From Mobula hypostoma (taxonomy: Eukaryota), in NCBI RefSeq assembly GCF_963921235.1, contig NC_086097.1, positions 136,030,001 to 136,094,000 of the forward strand: a stretch of 64,000 nt of DNA. Direction: 5' to 3'. The translations under genes were made by a program, and so were the position numbers. The notes under the pieces are model-generated. The model was given only the letters and a program-made list of their open reading frames with translations. It had not been told where the DNA came from and made no database searches. Positions 24,281 through 34,626 of the stretch are shown piece by piece. Position 1 is the first letter of the stretch, and every line of letters starts with the position of its first letter.

Positions 24281-25803
24281 AACACACACCGTATGCTGGA
24301 GGAACTTGGCAGGCCAGTCAGCATCTATGGAAAAGAATAAACGGTTGATGTTTTGGGCCAAGATCCTTCATCAGGACTAGAAAGGGAGAGAAGTAGTTAG
24401 AGTAAGAAGGTGGGGGGAGGGGAGGAAGAAGTACAAGGTGGTAGGTGATAGGTGAAACCGGCAGGGGGAGGGGTGAAGGAAAGAGCTGGGAAGTTGATTG
24501 ATGAAAGAGATGAAGGGATGGAGAAGGGGGAATCTGATAATGGGGGATAGAAGACTATTGAAGAACAGAGGGGGAGGAACATCTGAGAAAGGTATTGGAC
24601 AGATAAGGAGATAAGGTGAGAGAGGGAAACAGGAAAAGAGAATGGTGAAGGAGAGGCAATGGGAAGTAGAATTGAAATGGGTGACCACTAGGAGATCCCG
24701 CTTTTTCTGGGTGAACAGAACGTAGGTGCTTGGTGAAGCAGTCTCTCAATCGACATCAGGTCTCCCCGATAAACAGGAGGCCACACCAGGAGCACCAGAT
24801 ACAGTAGAGGAGCCCAACAGACTCGCAGATGAAGTGTCACTTCACCTTGAAGGACTTTTGGGGGCCCTGAATGGCAGTGAGGGAGGATGTGTAGGGGTAG
24901 GTGTGGCACTTGTTCAGCTTGCAAGGATAAGTACCAGGAGGGAGATCTGTGGGGAGGGATGAGTGGATAAGGAAGTCGTGTAGAGCAATCCCTGCATAAA
25001 GTGGAAAGCGCGTGGCGGGGGGGGGGGAAGATGTGCTTGGAGGTGGGATCCCGGTGGAGATGGGGGAAATTACAGAGAATTATGTGCTGGATGTGGAGAC
25101 TAAAGGGGTGTTAGGTGAGGACAAGAGGAACCCTATCCTTGGTGTGTCAGTGGGAGGAAGGAATGAGGACAGATGTGCGTGAAATCGAAGAGGTGCGGGT
25201 GAGGGCAGCATTGCTGGTGGAGGAAGGAAAGCCCTTTCTTTGAAGAAGGGGGACATCTCAGTAGTTCTGGAATGAAAAGCCTCATCCTGAGAAGAGATGT
25301 GGTGGAAACAAGGAACTGAGAGAAGTGGATGGCATTTTTACAAGTAGCAGGGTGGACAGAGGTATAGTCTAGGTAGCTGTGAGTGTCAGTGGGTTAGAAA
25401 AGATATCAGTATGTAGACTGTCTGAAGAGATGGCGACATAGAGGTCAAGAAAGGGGAGGGGGGTTTCAGAAATGGACCAAGTAAGTTTGAGGGCAGGGTG
25501 GAAGTTGGAAGCAAAGTTGATGAATTCAACAAGCTCAGTATGGGTGCAGGTAGCTGCACCAACCAGATGACAACCCCCAGACCCCTTCTCTTTACTTACC
25601 CCTCGAACAGGACCCCACTAAGGAGCACAAGGCCATTGTCTCCCTCACCATCACTGACATTATCAACACTGGGTATCTCCCAGCTACTGCCACTAACCTC
25701 ATAGTTCCCTACCCTGCTCCTCCAGTTTCTATCTCCTACCCAAGATCCATAAACCTGCCTTGTCCAGGTAGACCCATTGTTTCTGCTTGTTCCTGCCCCA
25801 CTG
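24281..25803 (-). mobile_element. Penelope-like element, 5' truncated, with inverted 5' segment (~25570-25803 on +)
   Basis: Collinear with 34650-36100 on minus; 25570-25803 matches the upstream RT region (CCTACCCAAGATCCATAAACC) on plus; decayed hammerhead at 24342-24379. Confidence 0.88.
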
Positions 25804-27134
25804 AAAGATGGTAGAAGCAGATCCATTAGGAGCATTTAAGAGACTCTTGGATAGGCACATGGATGATAGAAAAAATGAAGCACTCTGTATGAGCAAAGGG
25901 TTTGATTGATCTTAGAGTAGATCAAAAAGTTGGCATAAGACTGTAGGCCAAAGAGCCTGTATTGTGCTGTATTTTATGCACTGTGCTCTCACGGAATGGC
26001 AGAGTATGTTCAAGGGACTAATTAATCCTACCGCAAGCTCATCTGTACATTCATCCATGACATTCTCCAACAAGCTAAGCCATACCAGACTCTTCCGTCC
26101 ACATCCTAACTTACATCTTCCATCCAACCAATATGTCCACTGAACTACGCTGGTGCCCATTTTAATTTTAAACTTTCATCCTCATACTCAAATACATCCT
26201 GTGCCACCCTCCATCCCCAACAGCCCTCTGTGTTACTCCTCCAATGCCCAGCTCTTCCAATTCTACAACCAGACCTCCTTTTGTCCCACTATTCATGACC
26301 AGTTAAAATAGCTAATTTGCTCTGATTTTTATGAATAACGTTACGAGTGAGGACTTCGACATGTCAGAAGATGACAGAGAACTGTTGAAGGACTTTGGCC
26401 TTCAGTTCAAATGGCTCTCAATTTAAAATAAAATGCTTTGGAAGTTTGGGGAGATTCCTTCACACTGAGCTTGCTGGGAACTTGGAGTGGTTTTGGCAGA
26501 AACCATTGATTACACTCTGAAGATAATCTGGGAAACACTTTACTACACTGTGCAAATTAGTTATGGATTCCCCTATATGACAGCTGACACACACAAGAAC
26601 CACCTGGTGTCCCTCTGTGTTACAAACTCCTGTGTTTCCATGGCTGCCATCATGCATAACATTCCAATTTTTCCATTTCCAAACGGGACGCTGGGAAAAG
26701 TCTGGGTAGAATGGAGAGCGAAGAAGAATAACAGGGTGGTCTAGATATTGCATGAGAGGGGATTAAGGGCAGTGAAGATCATTCTGATTTTAGCATCAAA
26801 GTCAAAATTGAGTTTATTGTCATATGTACAAGTACATGTATGCACAGTTGCAAAGAAAAACTTAACTGCACCAGCATCACTGGTTTATAGCATTAGACAT
26901 GACATTCACTAGAAGAGTATAAATTAAACATAATTTATACAAAAATGTACACAATTAGAACAAAAAAAGGCAATTATAGTACAAAGGCATCATGGTGTTG
27001 CTGTACTGAGATAGTGATTAGGATTATGCATGTTAGGTCAAGAACCAAATGATTGAAGGGAAGTAGCTATTCTTGAACTTGATGGTGTGGGATTCCAGGC
27101 TTCTGAGCATCTTGCCAGAAGCTAGTTGAGGAAA

Positions 27135-27942
27135 AACACACAAGATGCAGGAGGAACTCAGCAACTCAGACAGCATCTATGGAAGGAATAAAAAGTTGAT
27201 GTTTCAGGCTAAGACTCTTCAACAGGACTGGAAAGGAACGGGGCAGAGGCGAGAACAAGTAGGTGGGGAGAGGAGGAAGAGTACAAGCTTTCAGGTGATA
27301 GGTGAGACCAGATGAGGGGGAAGGAGGGGGATTGATGTAAGAAGCTGGGACAGAATAGGTGGAAGAGGTAAGGGGCTGAAAAAGGAAAGGTACCAGGAGG
27401 AAGATCAGTGGGAGGCAGGGGTGGTGTGGACTGGTATTGAATGGAAAAGGATGTTGCTCTAGATTTCCAGAATCTCATGTCTACGATTTGCTGCCACACT
27501 GCGAAGTCTCTTCAAGTTATGCCTCCCCTGAAGAAGCTTAAATCCTCTTTTCTCCTCCCAGACCCTCATGACTTCTCTTTTGTTCCCATTCTCCTTTCTT
27601 TTCTCCCATGGTCCACTGTTTTCTCTGATTAGTTTCCTTCTTCTTCAGTCCTTTACCCCTTCTACCTATTACCTCCCAGCTTCTCACAGCAGCACCCCTC
27701 TCCCACACACCCTCCCCCTCACCTCATTTCAGCTATCATCCTACCTGCTTGTAGTCCCTCCCCTCCCTCTACCTCCCTATTCTGGCATCTTCCCCCTTCT
27801 TTTCCACCTTTGATACATCGACTATCAGCCCAAAACATCGACTATTTATTCCCTTCCATAGGTGCTGCCTGACCTGCCGAATTCATTCAGCATTTTGTCT
27901 GTGTTGCTCAAGACTTCCAGCATTTGCAGAACCTCTTGTGTC
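27135..27942. mobile_element. Two oppositely oriented PLE 3' ends (minus ~27135-27420, plus ~27540-27942)
   Basis: Both carry the PLE terminal GCTGCCTGACCTGCTGAGTTCCTCC-like block and the purine/pyrimidine UTR. Confidence 0.7.
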
Positions 27943-28308
27943 TATGGTAGCTGCAAAAAGATGGCGTAGCCTGCATATTGAATCTTTAATGATAGAAATT
28001 GTGTTTTTGAGGTATAACCTCATATAGATACTTCTGATGGTGCAAAGGAAGTGCCATGATGTATAGGGCAAGGTCCATTGTTATCCATCTTCCTGGGGAA
28101 ATAGTTAAACCTAAGGCTGTTAAATGCCTAGCCTGGTATTATGATCAATTCCTTCAACAGGACCTAGGGGTTAACATAGGTGTTTGACACTCCCTAAACT
28201 GCATCATTCCCTGTGGGTGAGTAGTCTCCAAGTTAACACTAAAGGTTTTAAGTTTGTCTTCATCCCAAGGAATTAATGTCACAATATAACTGATTCCATT
28301 CTGTCCAG

Positions 28309-28422
28309 TCCAAGCTGGTTGTGCAGAGATCACTCCATATCAAACAGATGCACATACAGGCATTTCCAACTCTTCAGAGCCAGAGAGGAAACAAATCATC
28401 TTGACGGACTGTCCCAGAAGAG
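28309..28422 (+). CDS. Candidate exon, + strand host gene (phase 1-1, xQAGCAEITPYQTDAHTGISNSSEPERKQIILTDCPRR)
   Basis: Acceptor ctgattccattctgtccag, strong donor GAG|gtaaga, 114 nt open. Confidence 0.55.
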
Positions 28423-29139
28423 GTAAGAACAGTGGAGTTTGACACAAAGAATGCCTTCCAACAGAATGCATTCAGAAATTCCCATCAGTTGGACCATAGC
28501 ACTCCAACACCACTCAAAATCCTGGCTAGAACATGACTGCAAACTAAATATTAGCAGGGGAAACCCATTCAATGCTTCCTGTCTGCTGTATCATTCAATG
28601 AGATCATAGTTGGTCTTTTACCTCAGAAAAACGTTCCTACACTTAACACAATAATCTGAGACTCCCTTGATTTTCAACAATCTCTTGATCTCTGTCTCAA
28701 ATACTCAACAACCAAGTTTCTGTGGGACTTCTTGGAAAGGGAATTCCAAATATTCATCACTTGCTGAGTGAAGATATATCTTCTCATCTCTGACCTGAAG
28801 ACCAACAGCTTATTTTAAAGCTCTAATCCCTCGCTGTAGACAAGACAACAAGAGGAAACATCAACTCCTGCCTATGCAATTAAGTCTCATACGAACTCTG
28901 CAAATTTCAAATGTATCACTTCTCATTCCTGTAAACATGAGGTATGTTGGGCTCCCACCTGGGACTCAGTGAGCAGTTCCAGGCACCACACTTCATTTAC
29001 TGGTGATGGAGAGTGCAGTATAGATGAGCCAGAAGAGTTCCCAGAATTAAATTAAAGATTATACTCATGTGGGGATTGTGTAGGACTTGATTGAAGCTTG
29101 CTAGGTGTGGAAACAGAGAGGACATGAGAGAGGTGAGAC

Positions 29140-29670
29140 AGGCAGCACATTGGTGCAACAAATAGAACCATTGCCTCACAGCTCCTGTGACCAGGGTTCA
29201 ATCCATCCTTTGTTAATCTCAGTGTGGAGTTTGCACGTTCTCCCAGTGACTATGTGGGTTTCCTCCAGGTGTTCAAGTTTTATCGCATATCCCAAAGGTA
29301 TGTGGATTGATGGGTTAATTGGTCACTCTACATTGCCCCTAGTGAATAGGTGAGTGGCTGGCAGAATCTAAAGTAAGTAAATAAAGGTTCATTTATTATC
29401 AGAGTATTCAACTCTGAAATTCTTCTTCTCCTGATAGCCACGAAACCAAGAATGGAAAGAATGGCAGCACGATCATCAGCCCCCAAATCCCTCCTCCCCG
29501 CCCAAAAAAATGAACAAAAATGGAACAGGCATATTGACCTCCCCATATCTCGGGAGAGTTGATGAGAATCTGCAGAGATAAAAAATGGGGTTAATAGAGG
29601 ATTGGTGTAACTGGCTGGTTGCCGGTCAGCGTGGACTTCTTTGGCCAAAGGGCTATTCCTCTCTGTACTT
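29140..29670 (+). mobile_element. V-SINE, interrupted by another repeat fragment (~29370-29550)
   Basis: GGGTTCAATCC B-box and V-domain GTGTGGAGTTTGCACGTTCTCCC...GGGTTTCCTCCAGGTG. Confidence 0.75.
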
Positions 29671-30751
29671 CTAAATTCTTTCTGTTGGTTTTGGAAAACA
29701 GATTCAAATGATCAGAGGTTTCAGGAATGATGTTCAGAGATACTTCTTATACATATGAGCAGTTAATAATTTGGAACATTCTGACCCCCTGTTAGTGGGT
29801 TAATCATTAATGTTAAAACTGATAGAATGTTGTTACTCAAAGACATTAAGAGATTTGGAGCAAGGGCAGATATAATAGTAATTCATGGATCAACTAAATA
29901 ACAGAACAAGCTTGAGGGGCTAAGTAGCCTCCCCCATTCTTATGCACCATGGCGTTTATTACGGGTATAAACTGAGAAGAATCAGAAAAGGAGATATCAT
30001 CATGCGATGAGCAAAAGCTTGGTCTGATGGTTGTTGTAAAGTCCTGAAGGAGAGATGAGAGGTGAAGTGATTTGGGAGAGAATGTTGGCCTACCAACTAA
30101 AACTAGCCTGACTCAGGGCTGCATTTGGGGAGGGCAGTCAGTCACAGGAACCCAGGTGTCTTGTGGGAGAGTGTGTTGTTACAGTTTTCCTTGCATGAAT
30201 CTGTCTAATTGCCCTTTAGAGGTTGTCATTGTACCTGCCCAAACCTCCTCCTCTGGCTATTTGTTCCATGTATGTACCACCTTTTCTGTAAAATAAGGCC
30301 AGTTGACCCATCAAACTTGTGCTGGTTTTTTTGAAAATCTACCAGTTCATTCAAATTCTCTACTCGGTCCCCAACTTTCTGCTTTAATAGTACAATCAAT
30401 TTTTAAATTCAAAGTTCTGACTGACTTTGCTTCTGTCACTCTTTCAGGGAGCATTTCCCGAATGCAAGAAACCTCCTCTCCTCACTTTTGGCTCCTTTTC
30501 TAATTATCTTTGGTCTGTGTCCTTTAATTACTGACCTCTTGCCAGTGGGAATGCATGCTCCATTCTTGGCGTGTTTTGTGTGTACTTTTGGCTTACAGGG
30601 GGTTACATTGCCAGCTGTTCTGGGTCTCCATTACCCTGTTAGATGTGCTTGATCCACTACTGTCAGTCTCCCAGAGATTGGTACATCTGCACACCATGGG
30701 CATAACCTCATTACCAGGAGCAGCCATTACTTACTAACATTGTTCAACCAG

Positions 30752-30785
30752 GTCGATATTATTGCACAGAAAATGAAGATGAAAG
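30752..30785 (+). CDS. Candidate exon (phase 1-2, GRYYCTENEDES)
   Basis: Branch site actaac, acceptor attgttcaaccag, donor AAG|gtaacc; joins in frame to both neighbours. Confidence 0.55.
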
Positions 30786-30937
30786 GTAACCAAGTTAACT
30801 TTCTAACTTTCTGAAAACATGGAGAATATTGATTGTATTTCCAAAGACTTTTGGCATTAACTTTCTGGTGACTGACAACTTGCATGAGCTATTGCTTTAA
30901 AGGTTATCATTTCCTTTTTTTTTGCAATAAATGATAG

Positions 30938-31017
30938 TCAGGAAGAGGAAGCTAATTCCCTAAGTATACAGAGCCTGCAGTCTGCTGTGAAAATACAAGA
31001 CATTTCCTCATGTCCAG
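30938..31017 (+). CDS. Candidate exon (phase 2-1, QEEEANSLSIQSLQSAVKIQDISSCP)
   Basis: Poly-T tract then gatag acceptor, donor CAG|gttgta; continues the acidic run ENEDESQEEE across the intron. Confidence 0.5.
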
Positions 31018-31108
31018 GTTGTATTTACCTTCTTGCATGTGCTCATACTGATAATGAAAGGCATGCACAGGCTCTCTTTTAAAGCAGCCAAGACCAGTAT
31101 CAGCACAG

Positions 31109-31336
31109 GGGAGACAGGAGAGACTGTAGATGTTTGAAATCTGGAGGGACACACAAATTGCTTGATGGGCGCAGTAGGTCAGGCAACAGCCATGGAGGGA
31201 AATGGAAAGTTGATATTTCTGGCCAAGACCCTTCATCAGGAATGATGCAAGGTTCCAACCAGAAATGTTGACAGCCTATTTCCTTCCATAGATGCGGTTT
31301 GACCTGCTGAGTTCCTCCAGCATTTTGTGTGTCACT
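31109..31336. mobile_element. Fold-back PLE 3' end with perfect 15-bp TSD
   Basis: Minus arm to CCCTTCATCAGG (~31240), plus arm from TGATGCAAGG; CCAGTATCAGCACAG at 31094-31108 and 31337-31351. Confidence 0.85.
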
Positions 31337-31691
31337 CCAGTATCAGCACAGCCTTACACAGGGCAGAACTCCAACAGCTGCAACTTGAAGCAAAATCACT
31401 GTGCTGCTTTTCTCAGGAGTCACTCTGCTCTATGTGTGAAGGGCGTTCAGAAGATGGGAAGAAGCTGGTTGGGCTGGTGCTTACAGAGGGTGAAGAATGG
31501 GAGGTCAGCTGGAACAGGGAACTCAGGGCAGTATTTCTGGAATGAACACTGGTGGATCAGGAGGCAAGGAGAAAGAAGATGGAAAATGTCCTATACCCAC
31601 AAAAGAACACACAGCGTTTTGTCCCAGTGTTGGCACTTTGGTACAGTTCTCTAATTTATCCCACTCCAGAGTACAGCCTTGTAAGATGTTC

Positions 31692-32345
31692 CACCATAAG
31701 ACCATACGTTGTAGGAAGAGAACTGGGCTCGTCGGCCCATCAAGTCTGCTTCATAATTCAATCCTGGCTGATTTCATTTCTCAGCCCCATTCTCCTGCCT
31801 TCTCCCCATAATCCTTAAACCCCGTACCAGTCAAGAACCTATCGATCTCTGCCTTAAATACGCCAAATGATTTGGCCTCCACAGTCCTCTGTGGCAATGA
31901 ATTCCATGAATTTACCACCCTCTGGCTGAAGAAATTCCTCTTTACTTCAGTTCTAAAGGAACGCCCCTTTTTTTCTGAAGCTGTGCCATCAGAACGGAAA
32001 GTGTCTCTGCTAATGGAAACATCCTCTGAACAGCCACTCCACCCGGGCTTTTCAGTATTTGGTAGGTTTCGATGACATCCCAGACGTCCTTCTGAGCTCC
32101 ATAAAATACAGGGCCAGAGCCATAAAATGCTCCTTATATGTTAAATCTTTCATTCCTGGGCACATTCTTGTGAAACTCCTGTAGAACTTCCCTAGATCCA
32201 GCAGGATCTTTCCTTAGGTACCAAAATTGCTCAAAATATTCCAGATGTGGCCTGACCAACACCTTATCAAACCTCAGCAATTCATGTTTGTTTTTATGTT
32301 CTGGTCCTTCTCAAAGTGAATGCTAACATGCCTCTTGGATCTGCC
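31692..32345 (-). mobile_element. CR1 3' fragment
   Basis: CCATAAGACCATA tail; ACCACCCTCTGGCTGAAGAAATTCCTC (reverse of NFFSQRVV). Confidence 0.85.
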
Positions 32346-32382
32346 TCTGTTTGCTACACTTCACTGACATTCCATGAAACAG

Positions 32383-32421
32383 CACCAGGGAATTCCCTTA
32401 CAAATGGGATATTGCAAACAG
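32383..32421 (+). CDS. Possible exon (phase 1-1, APGNSLTNGILQT) with non-canonical GC donor
   Basis: Branch actgac, acceptor attccatgaaacag, CAG|gcatgt; phase fits the chain but the donor is weak. Confidence 0.25.
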
Positions 32422-32794
32422 GCATGTTCAGAGTTGGACAGGGAATTAAACTGCGCAAGAAGAAACCATCAAACTTCAAGATCTTGGCTAGACTAATATT
32501 AATCGGGCTGCTGTCCTCGGTTCTGTGCTGCCCCACAAGGATGAACAACCTTCAGCTGCAGAGCCTTCAGCCTTGACGTCCTTGTGGGAGGGAGATCCCG
32601 CTGCCCTCCCTATGGAGAACTAAAGAGCTCTGACTTTTGCCCCACTTTATTCAATGAGCTATCTAATTAACTTATGGCCACTTTCCCAATAACCTTGCGA
32701 TTGATTCCACTTCAGGTGGCTATTCTCTTCTGCTTCCTCCTCTCAAGGGTTTGCTAATTATTATCAAGAACCACCAGGGACCTGGGGTGGTTGT

Positions 32795-33278
32795 CCATCG
32801 TGCCTGACGATGATGGGAAACCTGTGCGGGGGAGTTTTTAAAGTAGAAAAGCCATTGCACTGGGACAGTTCCACTCTCCCGACCCCAGAAGTCCAGGTCG
32901 AGTGGTACAAACAAGCGTTGCAAATTAGCATCTTCTCTGGTCACAGTGGATGACCATGATGTCTTCTGTGCCTTGTCGTTCCCTTTGCTCTCCACGAAGC
33001 ATTGTAGAACTGCCTTCCTCGCTGTTGGAGCTCACAGTAGACCTCATCTGCCCAGTCCACCGGAGAGAACTTCATAGGCTTGGACAGACATGTCCCTATC
33101 TCACCAGGCTATGAGGCTGTCGGCTGCCCTCACCTGGTTTAGCCCACTTGTCAAAGCAGTGTACCTTTGTCACATGCAAAAAGCTACTTGGAGCCACAGG
33201 TGAGAGCTGAGTATCCGAAGATCCCAGAGTGGGCATGACAAGCCCTTCACCAGAGTTGCAACCTCTCCTTGGACACCT
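32795..33278 (-). mobile_element. Non-coding repeat resembling an RTE-type 5' region or non-autonomous derivative
   Basis: Recognition of sequence style only (GGGCTAAACCAGGTGAGGG...GTCATCCACTG...GAGAGTGGAACTGTCCCAGTG); no ORF. Confidence 0.4.
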
Positions 33279-33860
33279 ACCAGGGACCCGCGATGCTCAA
33301 CAATTCCCTGTATAGCAGTTCTCACCGAGTTCCATTTGCCCATCACCCTGTTATCAAATAATCTACATGAATCCCTTTCCCATTCATGGCTTTTCTACTA
33401 CAAAGCTCAGAAATTGTCTCCCTGCACCTCTCCATTCGCTCCTCATTTAAAACACTCTCAGAAATGCATCAAAGGATGCCCAGTAAAAAAAATTGGCTGA
33501 GAACATTCCTGTGAAGCAATTTATGAGATGTTATAATGTTATTGCCACCACTGGAGAATTTTGTACACTGGTCTGTGATTGGTTCGGTTTAAGGAAAATC
33601 AATGCAGTGTGCATTGGGGAAGTTGTTTGCATTCAGACACCAGTGCGCTGGTGTCCCCAACCTGGTAATAATGAGGATGGTTTACCATGAGCAGCGAATG
33701 CAATGTGATCAAGAATTCACTCTGCCCTGCAGTGTAGTGGCTGGAATCCACTGGCCACCATATGTTAAAAGGAGTCACGTTACTGTCATCCCTTTACCCC
33801 CTCAGCGTCAGGCCAACCCTGAGGGCACCCCAGAAAAGAAAAATTTTGCCGTGACAACAT

Positions 33861-34382
33861 GAGAATGGACGGGCTAATGTCACGTTTCATCCCCAGCAGC
33901 TGCGTAACAGAGGACTCTCTGATCTATGGGCTGTTCCCGGGGACGCACACGGAGACCAACATCCGGTGCTGCTGGCAGATCATCAACTCGGTGAAAGACG
34001 CTCTTTGGTCGGCCCGAAACTTGACAATCTACCAGCACATGGAGATGTCTGTGGGAGAATGCTGCCGACTGGCACATTCTCGGCTGCAGGAGTACGTGCT
34101 GAGGGACGCACTGAAACTTAGTGCAGCCACCGCAAGGGCCCGGTGGGGAAGGACCACGGTATAGGTTTCTTCACCCGCGTGAGTAGGAGGGGTCGGGTGG
34201 CGGGCAATATACCCCTCAAGAATGATGTGGTAAAGTGAACAAATGGAGTGCCACGTGGGTGGCCATGAGAATGGATATGTACAGACCATAATGGAAACGT
34301 ATGTAAAGGATGGAAAGTTATTGATTGAGTTATTGTGTATAATTTTATTTTTGAATAAAGTATATTTTGAAATTTAAAAAAA
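33861..34382 (+). mobile_element. Young Tx1/L1-clade LINE 3' fragment
   Basis: Intact C-terminal ORF LIYGLFPGTHTETNIRCCWQIINSVKDALWSARNL...LQEYVLRDALKL; AATAAA plus A tail; AACATG on both sides. Confidence 0.85.
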
Positions 34383-34404
34383 CATGTTATAAATATACGT
34401 ACGT

Positions 34405-34626
34405 ATGGCAGTGGGGAATGACTTGGTGATCCATGCATTGAGTCTGATGTAAGAAGCATGGCTGCGTAAGTATTTGAAAGCCCACTTCAGATATTCTGCG
34501 TGTAATCTGGGATGACGTCCCAGTGCGACACTGAGGGTGTGTTGTTCTGTCAGGTGTCCAGCCCTTTGAATGAGACATTAAGCAGAGGCTCTGCCCCGCA
34601 CCCACACTGGGTAGATGTTAATAACT
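34405..34626 (+). mobile_element. Deu-domain SINE, 5' half (continues 38263-38450 after the PLE)
   Basis: CTGAGGGTGTG...TTTGAATGAGACATTAAGCAGAGGC Deu-like core split by the PLE TSD. Confidence 0.6.
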
